A stretch of 64,000 bases of DNA from Planococcus sp. (in: firmicutes). GTDB lineage: Bacteria > Bacillota > Bacilli > Bacillales_A > Planococcaceae. The notes beneath the pieces were generated by a model. That model searched no databases. It saw only the letters and a program-made list of their open reading frames with translations, and had not been told where the DNA came from. The stretch is taken from the NCBI GenBank assembly GCA_035468565.1, contig DATISS010000181.1, positions 8,027 to 72,026 on the forward strand, written 5' to 3'. Both the position numbers and the translations under genes were made by a program. This document shows, piece by piece, positions 57,655 through 64,000 of this stretch (its first letter is position 1; each line of letters starts with the position of its first letter).

Positions 57655-58671
57655 ATGAGCAGAGAAAAAACAGCACAATTGCGTAAATTCATCGCCCCTT
57701 TCGAAGGGTCAGACGTAAAAGCAAGTGTACGCCAAATAATGAACACCATTCCGCCATTCATCATTTCGTGGGTTTTGGCTTACCTGACATTGGATATCTC
57801 GATTTGGCTGACAATCGGATTCTCAGCTATTGCTGCCGGATTCGTCATCCGCACATTCATCATCTTCCATGACTGCACACACGGATCATTCTTCAAAAAC
57901 AAAAAAGCGAACGCTGTAGTCGGTACAATTACGGGCATTCTGACGCTTTTTGCTTATGAAAAATGGAAACGCGAGCACTCGATCCACCATGCTTCAAGCG
58001 GAAACCTCGACAAACGCGGTGTCGGCGATATTTGGGTCATGACAATCGAGGAGTACGTTGAAGCTTCAAAATGGGAACGGTTCAAATACCGCATGTACCG
58101 CAACCCGCTGGTTATGTTCGGTATCGGCCCGTTATTCCTAGTGTTGATTTCAAGCCGTTTCAACCGTAAAGATGCACGCAAAAAAGAACGCAATAACACG
58201 TATTTGATCAATATCTCCCTAGTTGTTATCTACTCATTGCTTATCTGGGCAATCGGCTGGCAGGCATTTGTAATCGTTCAAGGGTTAACAATGTTTATTG
58301 CAGGGGCGTTGGGCATTTGGTTGTTCTATGTGCAGCACACATTCGAAGATTCGTATTTTGAAGACGAAAGCGAATGGGATTACGTGAAAGCGGCTGTAGA
58401 AGGAAGTTCATATTACAAGCTTCCAAAAGTGCTTCAATGGGTAACCGGGAATATCGGTTTCCACCACGTGCACCATTTAAGCCCGCGTGTTCCGAACTAC
58501 AATTTGGAAAAAGCGCACGATTCCACTCCGCCGCTTCAACAAGCGACAACAATTACCATCAAATCAAGCCTTAAATCATTAAGCTTTAAATTATATGACG
58601 CGAAAAACAAAACGTTTGTCACTTTCGGTGATATCAAGCATTTACTGAACGAAAACAAAATTGCAGCGTAA
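57655..58671 (+). CDS. des: Membrane acyl-lipid (delta-5-type) desaturase
   Basis: His boxes HDCTH, HSIHH and HHVHH. Confidence 0.94.
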   Translation: MSREKTAQLRKFIAPFEGSDVKASVRQIMNTIPPFIISWVLAYLTLDISIWLTIGFSAIAAGFVIRTFIIFHDCTHGSFFKNKKANAVVGTITGILTLFAYEKWKREHSIHHASSGNLDKRGVGDIWVMTIEEYVEASKWERFKYRMYRNPLVMFGIGPLFLVLISSRFNRKDARKKERNNTYLINISLVVIYSLLIWAIGWQAFVIVQGLTMFIAGALGIWLFYVQHTFEDSYFEDESEWDYVKAAVEGSSYYKLPKVLQWVTGNIGFHHVHHLSPRVPNYNLEKAHDSTPPLQQATTITIKSSLKSLSFKLYDAKNKTFVTFGDIKHLLNENKIAA

Positions 58672-58680
58672 TCGCTTAAA

Positions 58681-58710
58681 GAAAAAACCATTCTGATGAA
58701 TGGTTTTTTC
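58681..58710 (+). terminator. Terminator/hairpin between des and desK
   Basis: GAAAAAACCATTC / GAATGGTTTTTTC. Confidence 0.7.
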
Positions 58711-58764
58711 TTTTTTCCATTATTTGATATGATAAAGAATAATAGTGAATCGAGGAGCGAAATT

Positions 58765-59901
58765 ATGCAAAGCTGGTACCAAATATTTCCGAAAAACCCG
58801 TGGCTCAGCTTATACGCCTGGGTGATCTTCTGTATCCTGCCATTCTTTTTCATCTTCCGTTCTTCATCGCCTCTTGAAATCACATTAGGGATTTTGTCGT
58901 TGGCGCTGTTCTTTTTGGCGTACCGGCTGTCATTCAACTCGAAAAGCGGATTCATGTATGTATGGATCGGCGTTGAAATAGCGATTAACATCGGCATGAT
59001 TTTTCTGTTCGGCTATGTGTATCTGTCTATTTTCCTGGCGTTTTTCATCGGCAATATCCGCAACAAAGTCGGATTCTTCATTGTTTATGGAATCCATATC
59101 GGAACTACTATCCTGGCATTGACAATCGGAATGATACTTCACGAAGCGCTTTATACGGCTCAATTGCCGTTCATTGTCTTGAGCATTTTAGGGATTATCC
59201 TGCTGCCATTCAACACCTACAACCGGCATAAACGTGAAAAGCTGGAAGGGCAGTTGGAAGATGCCAATAAACGGATTTCCCAACTGATTATCATCGAGGA
59301 GCGCGAACGGATAGCGCGCGATCTGCATGATACGCTCGGGCAGAAGCTGTCGCTTATCGGCCTGAAAAGCGATTTGGCCGGAAAGCTGATGCAGCGGAAT
59401 CCGGAAGCCGCGATGAACGAAATTAATGATATCCGCCAGACTGCACGGACCGCTTTGAAAGAAGTGCGTGAACTGGTGTCGGATATGAGGGGCACGAAGC
59501 TTGAAGACGAACTGCTGCGGATTCAGCAAATCCTGAAAGCGGCAGACATCGATTTTGTGTTATACGGAAATCCCAAGCTCAACAACACGCCGCTATTGGT
59601 GGAAAATGTCCTGAGCATGTGCCTGAAGGAAGCGGTGACGAATGTCGTCAAGCATAGCCGCGCAAGCCGCTGCAGCATCCTGGTCAAACAAAATGCACAA
59701 GAAATTCTGGTGCAGGTCCAGGACGACGGCGTCGGCATTGAAGGCAACCACTGGAACCAAGGCAATGGGCTTGCCGGAATGCGTGAGCGTCTGGAGTTTG
59801 TCAATGGCAGCGTGGAAATCAAGAAGGTGGATGGCATCACTTTGAACATCCGTGTTCCGAATGTAATTCTTTATAAAGAGCCGAAGGAGGAATTGGTGTG
59901 A
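58765..59901 (+). CDS. desK: Thermosensor histidine kinase DesK
   Basis: Five TMs; HisKA_3 ERERIARDLHDTLGQ; EAVTNVVKHS; DDGVG; adjacent to des. Confidence 0.9.
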   Translation: MQSWYQIFPKNPWLSLYAWVIFCILPFFFIFRSSSPLEITLGILSLALFFLAYRLSFNSKSGFMYVWIGVEIAINIGMIFLFGYVYLSIFLAFFIGNIRNKVGFFIVYGIHIGTTILALTIGMILHEALYTAQLPFIVLSILGIILLPFNTYNRHKREKLEGQLEDANKRISQLIIIEERERIARDLHDTLGQKLSLIGLKSDLAGKLMQRNPEAAMNEINDIRQTARTALKEVRELVSDMRGTKLEDELLRIQQILKAADIDFVLYGNPKLNNTPLLVENVLSMCLKEAVTNVVKHSRASRCSILVKQNAQEILVQVQDDGVGIEGNHWNQGNGLAGMRERLEFVNGSVEIKKVDGITLNIRVPNVILYKEPKEELV

Positions 59902-60497
59902 TACGGATCGTATTGGCTGAGGATCAGCGCATGATGCTCGGAGCGCTCGGGTCGCTGCTCGACCTGGAAGAAGATATGGAAGTCGTGGGAAAAGCGACGA
60001 ACGGTGAAGAGACGATCGAGCTGGTCAAGAAGCTGCAGCCGGACATCGTCATCACGGACATCGAAATGCCTGTCAAGAGCGGGCTGGATGCCGCCGAGGC
60101 GCTAAAAGACGAACCCTGCAAAATAATCATTTTGACGACGTTTGCCCGCTCTGGCTATTTTGAACGGGCGCGGAAAGCGGGGGTCAGCGGCTATTTGTTG
60201 AAAGACAGCCCGAGTGAAGACTTGGCTGCCTCGATCCGGACAATCATGGAAGGGCGCCGCATTTACGCGCCGGAACTGGTCGACCTTGTTTACGCGGATG
60301 CAAATCCGCTGACAGAAAGGGAAAATCAGGTCATGGAATTGATTGCGGAAGGCAAGAGCACAAAAGAGATTGCGAAAGAATTGTTCATCACCACCGGCAC
60401 TGTCCGGAATTACATTTCGACAATTTTGGATAAGCTGGAAGTCGGGAACCGCATTGAAGCTATTTCCCGTTTCAAGGAAAAAGGCTGGTTCAAATAA
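59898..60497 (+). CDS. desR: NarL-family response regulator DesR
   Basis: AEDQ, TDIEMP receiver and LuxR HTH; GTGA overlap with desK. Confidence 0.9.
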   Translation: MIRIVLAEDQRMMLGALGSLLDLEEDMEVVGKATNGEETIELVKKLQPDIVITDIEMPVKSGLDAAEALKDEPCKIIILTTFARSGYFERARKAGVSGYLLKDSPSEDLAASIRTIMEGRRIYAPELVDLVYADANPLTERENQVMELIAEGKSTKEIAKELFITTGTVRNYISTILDKLEVGNRIEAISRFKEKGWFK

Positions 60498-60532
60498 GAA
60501 ATCCGTCGCCTGCATAGGCGGCGGATTTCTTA
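60495..60532. terminator. Bidirectional terminator
   Basis: TAAGAAATCCGTCGCCT / AGGCGGCGGATTTCTTA. Confidence 0.75.
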
Positions 60533-60898
60533 TTAAGTTTCGTATAATTTCTCTTCAAGAGAACCGTCTTTCGTGTAAATATGCAATTCACCATGATGCT
60601 TGTTGGCGTAGCGTTTGGCTTCGCCCATCAACTCTTCTTTGGTGTCTTCGATCAAAAGCGCTTTTTTACTGTCTTTTTTCTTGAGCTGCCAGCCTTCGTC
60701 ATGTGCCCTGATTTCAAAAACAACCTTCTCTTCGCCGCCTTCGACACTTTTCCTTGCACGGTCCATGGCAATCGGAATCGCGCGCCCTTCTTCATAGCCG
60801 TCTCTTAAAAGGGCGTTCGCTATTTCAATGGCCTTGTCCCGCACAGCGGCATTCAAGTTTTTGAATGAATCTGGGTAATCATTTTTATCCCACGGCAT
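60533..60898 (-). CDS. DUF2188/YdaT-like protein
   Basis: MPWDKNDYPDSFKNL..KAIEIANALL..EEGRAIPIA; C-terminal ELHIYTKDG. Confidence 0.82.
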   Translation of the reverse strand: MPWDKNDYPDSFKNLNAAVRDKAIEIANALLRDGYEEGRAIPIAMDRARKSVEGGEEKVVFEIRAHDEGWQLKKKDSKKALLIEDTKEELMGEAKRYANKHHGELHIYTKDGSLEEKLYET

Positions 60899-61009
60899 GG
60901 CTATCGCCTCCTTGGCTATAATTTCCCCATTTAAAGCACCAGTAAAACAAAATTCTGCTGTTAAAAAATTTAGATAATGATAAACTATAGACGAAAGGAG
61001 AGATGGAAG

Positions 61010-62503
61010 ATGTCAGATACTACTTATCAAATCATTGCTTTGGGTATTTACATGGCTCTTATGTTATGGATCGGTTATTATTCTTACAAAAAGACAGTGA
61101 ATTTGACAGATTACATGCTTGGCGGGCGCGGATTGGGCGCGGCGGTCGGCGCTTTGAGCGCCGGTGCGGCAGATATGTCCGGATGGCTATTGATGGGCTT
61201 GCCTGGTGCAATCTATGTCAGCGGTCTAGTAGAAGGATGGATTGCCATCGGCCTAGTTATAGGCGCTTATTTAAACTGGTTTTTCGTTGCTCCAAGATTG
61301 CGGATTTATTCATTCGTGACAAGCGATTCAATCACGATTCCCAGCTTTCTTGAAAACCGCCTAAAAGATACTTCGCGTTTGCTGCGGATTGTCTCAGGTA
61401 TCATCATTCTCGTATTCTTTACATTCTATGTGTCATCCGGAATGGTTGCGGGAGGAGTTTTCTTTGAGAGTTCTTTCGGCCTTGACTATCATCTTGGTCT
61501 GCTGATTGTATCGGGCGTTGTTGTCGCCTACACATTATTCGGCGGATTTCTCGCAGTTAGCTACACAGACTTTGTGCAGGGGTTAATGATGTTCCTTGCG
61601 CTGATTGCGGTCCCGATCATCGGTGTTTTTAAAACGGGTGGTTTTGCGGAAACCGCAGACACTATCCGCTCGGTGGATCCGGCGATGCTCAGCCTGACAG
61701 GCGCGTCGCTTATCGGAATCATTTCAGCTGCTGCTTGGGGGCTGGGTTATTTTGGCCAACCGCATATCATCGTCCGTTTTATGGCGATCGGTTCGTTGAA
61801 AGAAGTTCGCCAGGCTCGCCGCATTGGCATCAGCTGGATGATTTTAAGTTTAATCGGTGCAGTATCAACGGCTTTGGTCGGTATTGCCTATTTTCAACAA
61901 AACCCGGATGCGACATTGGCTGATCCGGAAGGTGTATTCATCGTCCTTGGCCAAATTTTCTTCCATCCACTGATCGCTGGCTTTATGCTGGCTGCCGTAC
62001 TTGCGGCGATCATGAGCACGATTTCTTCCCAGTTGATTGTAACTTCGTCCGCATTAGTGGAGGATTTATACAAAATCGCTTTTAAGAAAGTCGCTTCTGA
62101 TAAAAAATACGTTACATTGGGCCGTCTTGCGGTTTTAGCCATCTCTTTAATTGCAGGGTTCCTTGCTTGGGAGCAGAATAATACGATACTGGATTTGGTC
62201 GCTTATGCTTGGGCCGGCTTCGGAGCCGCTTTCGGACCGATTATCCTTCTATCATTGTTCTGGCGCAAATTGACTACGTGGGGCGCGCTTTCGGGAATGA
62301 TTGTCGGAGCTCTGACGGTTATTATCTGGGATATGTTAGATGCGGAATTTGCCGTTAATCTTTATGAGATTATCCCAGGGTTCTTCCTCTGTGCGATTGT
62401 TGCAGTTGTTGTTAGTTTGGCGACATTCAAACAAAATGCTGAAATTGAAGAAGAATTCAATGAAACAGAGCGCCTTATCAGAGAAAAACCTGATAAATTA
62501 TAA
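61010..62503 (+). CDS. putP: Sodium/proline symporter
   Basis: SAGAADMSGWLLMGLPG, SYTDFVQG, LGYFGQPHIIVRFMA and AWAGFGAAFGP motifs. Confidence 0.93.
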   Translation: MSDTTYQIIALGIYMALMLWIGYYSYKKTVNLTDYMLGGRGLGAAVGALSAGAADMSGWLLMGLPGAIYVSGLVEGWIAIGLVIGAYLNWFFVAPRLRIYSFVTSDSITIPSFLENRLKDTSRLLRIVSGIIILVFFTFYVSSGMVAGGVFFESSFGLDYHLGLLIVSGVVVAYTLFGGFLAVSYTDFVQGLMMFLALIAVPIIGVFKTGGFAETADTIRSVDPAMLSLTGASLIGIISAAAWGLGYFGQPHIIVRFMAIGSLKEVRQARRIGISWMILSLIGAVSTALVGIAYFQQNPDATLADPEGVFIVLGQIFFHPLIAGFMLAAVLAAIMSTISSQLIVTSSALVEDLYKIAFKKVASDKKYVTLGRLAVLAISLIAGFLAWEQNNTILDLVAYAWAGFGAAFGPIILLSLFWRKLTTWGALSGMIVGALTVIIWDMLDAEFAVNLYEIIPGFFLCAIVAVVVSLATFKQNAEIEEEFNETERLIREKPDKL

Positions 62504-62512
62504 TCTTTTCAT

Positions 62513-62552
62513 AAGTCCGAGCCTTTAAGTTAAAAGGCTCGGACTTTTCTTT
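62513..62552 (+). terminator. Rho-independent terminator
   Basis: AAGTCCGAGCCTTT / AAAAGGCTCGGACTT plus T run. Confidence 0.75.
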
Positions 62553-62606
62553 TACTTTAATTTTTGGATATAGTTTTAAGGAAGAAAATGAAAAAGAGGT
62601 GGAGCA

Positions 62607-63329
62607 ATGTTTTTAGACCATATTGTACATTTTACGAAACTAGAGCCTGCAAAAGCTGTCCAAGCATGGGGATCATACGGATTCCATGCAGCGATGGGCG
62701 GACAGCACGTCCAGTGGGGCACCCATAACGCATTGTTTTATATGAAAGATTGTTATATCGAGTGGCTTGCGCTGGCGGATCTTTCGGTTGCCGAGCGGGC
62801 TAACCATCCGTTGACAAAACTGCTGCTGCACGATGAGGAAGGGTTAGGCACGATTTGTTTGCGGACAGATGATATTGCCAGCCTCGACACACGGCTCAGG
62901 AAAGAAGGATTTGAAACGACTGGCGTATTGGACGCTGAACGCAAAACCGGAACCGGAGAAACCATTCGCTGGAAAATGCTTTTTATCGAACAGGAAGTAA
63001 CAGATGCTTTATCGGCGCCGTTTTTCATCGAATGGCGGCAAAGCGACAGCGAGCGGTATAGCGCGTTGCGGGAAAGAGATGCCATTAAGCCTGACAATGA
63101 AAAGCTCAGCGTCGAAGTTTGTGTCTTCGGCGTCCATGATATTCCGGCAAGCGAGGCGCTGTTCCGCAAAATTCTCCAAGGTAAGCTTGAAGTGGAAAAT
63201 TGCCGATTTGAGTTCCGTGAAACGGCGCGGAGAAAAGAAAGGCTGGAAGAAGTTCTTCTTGCTGGCGGCACAAAACGCGTCGTTTTTGAAGAAGGGGTTT
63301 ATTGCGTTCCGGAGACCGGGAATATATGA
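62607..63329 (+). CDS. VOC family protein (Glyoxalase_3-like)
   Basis: LDHIV, GGQHVQWGTHNAL, YIEWLA, PFFIEW motifs. Confidence 0.85.
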   Translation: MFLDHIVHFTKLEPAKAVQAWGSYGFHAAMGGQHVQWGTHNALFYMKDCYIEWLALADLSVAERANHPLTKLLLHDEEGLGTICLRTDDIASLDTRLRKEGFETTGVLDAERKTGTGETIRWKMLFIEQEVTDALSAPFFIEWRQSDSERYSALRERDAIKPDNEKLSVEVCVFGVHDIPASEALFRKILQGKLEVENCRFEFRETARRKERLEEVLLAGGTKRVVFEEGVYCVPETGNI

Positions 63330-63403
63330 TAAGAGAAGCAAAGCATAAGTGAACGGAATTTATGGCATCGAAAGAAGAGTGCAAACTCTTCTTTTTGTCA
63401 TAG
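63302..63403 (+). promoter_or_regulatory. Putative hflX promoter and leader with a terminator hairpin and a 13-aa uORF
   Basis: TTGCGT-17-TATGAT (63302-63330); AAAGAAGAGT-GCAA-ACTCTTCTTT-TT (63371-63396); uORF MASKEECKLFFLS* at 63362-63403. Confidence 0.45.
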
Positions 63404-63439
63404 AGGGAAAAGAGTTCCGCGGGCTGAGGAGGAAAACGA

Positions 63440-64000
63440 ATGGATACATTAATGGAAAAAGCGATCCTTGTAGGGGTTCAGCTGCAGCAGGATCTCCATT
63501 TTGAATACGAAATGGAAGAACTGCGCAATTTAGCGGAAGCCTGTGAAGTCGAAGTGGTGGGGGAAGTGATGCAGAACTTAGATCGCATCCATCCCGCTAC
63601 CTATGTAGGAAAAGGGAAAGTCGAAGAAATCAAAGCGTTCTACGAAGAAGCAGAAGCGAACCTTATCATTTTTAATGATGAGCTGTCGCCATCGCAAATT
63701 CGGAATCTTGAAGAAGAATTGGAATGCAAAGTCATTGACCGGACGATGCTCATCTTGGATATTTTTTCGCGCCGCGCAAAAACGCGAGAAGCACAAGTGC
63801 AGGTAGAGTTGGCTCAACTGCAATACATGCTTCCGCGACTTGTCGGCTTGCGTGCTTCACTTGGGCGCCAAGGCGGCGGCAGCAGCGGGGGCTTCTCGAA
63901 CCGTGGTGCCGGTGAAACGAAATTGGAACTCGATCGCCGGAAAATCGAAGACCAATTATCGAAACTTCATAAAGAACTGGAACACATCCGTGCGCAGCGC
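63440..64000 (+). CDS. hflX: GTPase HflX, 3'-truncated by the window edge; HflXr/HflX2-like
   Basis: Translated by hand: ATYVGKGKVEE, IIFNDELSPSQIRNL, DRTMLILDIF, AQLQYMLPRL, RGAGETKLELDRRKI; GAGGAGG RBS. Confidence 0.92.
   Translation, partial: MDTLMEKAILVGVQLQQDLHFEYEMEELRNLAEACEVEVVGEVMQNLDRIHPATYVGKGKVEEIKAFYEEAEANLIIFNDELSPSQIRNLEEELECKVIDRTMLILDIFSRRAKTREAQVQVELAQLQYMLPRLVGLRASLGRQGGGSSGGFSNRGAGETKLELDRRKIEDQLSKLHKELEHIRAQR

Noticed and set aside
31038-60497. Cold-adaptation island (csp plus des-desKR)
   Set aside because: The genes are 26 kb apart with unrelated core genes between them; both systems are well known and there is no sign of an island.
1-64000. Prophage, IS transposase, integrase, toxin-antitoxin or defence island
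   Set aside because: No such coding motifs were seen, and there is no obvious compositional block or att-like direct repeat by eye.

Overview
A 64 kb core-chromosome window from a low-GC Gram-positive bacterium. Gene content and intergenic repeat style suggest Planococcaceae (Planococcus/Planomicrobium-like); this is inferred, not searched. About 60 CDSs are present: a polar amino-acid ABC transporter with a duplicated binding protein, cyclophilin, YumC-type ferredoxin reductase, a LysM/3D protein, a two-subunit gluconate 2-dehydrogenase-like enzyme with its own tatAC, a catR-catE-like pair, DUF368, uppP, MarR-MMPL, a cold-shock protein, an atypical MurE, fumC, a copper locus (DUF2243, CtaG-like, copY, copA, glutaredoxin), an ABC exporter, nfsA, an acyl-CoA synthetase, cydDC, des-desK-desR, putP and the 5' part of hflX. 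I saw no rRNA, tRNA, CRISPR array, transposase, integrase or prophage gene. The best candidate for an undescribed system is an orphan RsbR-like STAS protein whose sensor looks like an Aer2-type heme-PAS domain and which lacks both RsbR phospho-threonines (17740-18498). Other candidates are the Tat-dedicated dehydrogenase module, copA split by one in-frame TAA, an hflXr-like gene behind a putative attenuator, a VOC/serine-hydrolase fusion, and a dispersed MITE/REP-like repeat family plus 21-bp-periodic arrays. Family calls come from motifs recognised by eye; no database search was run.
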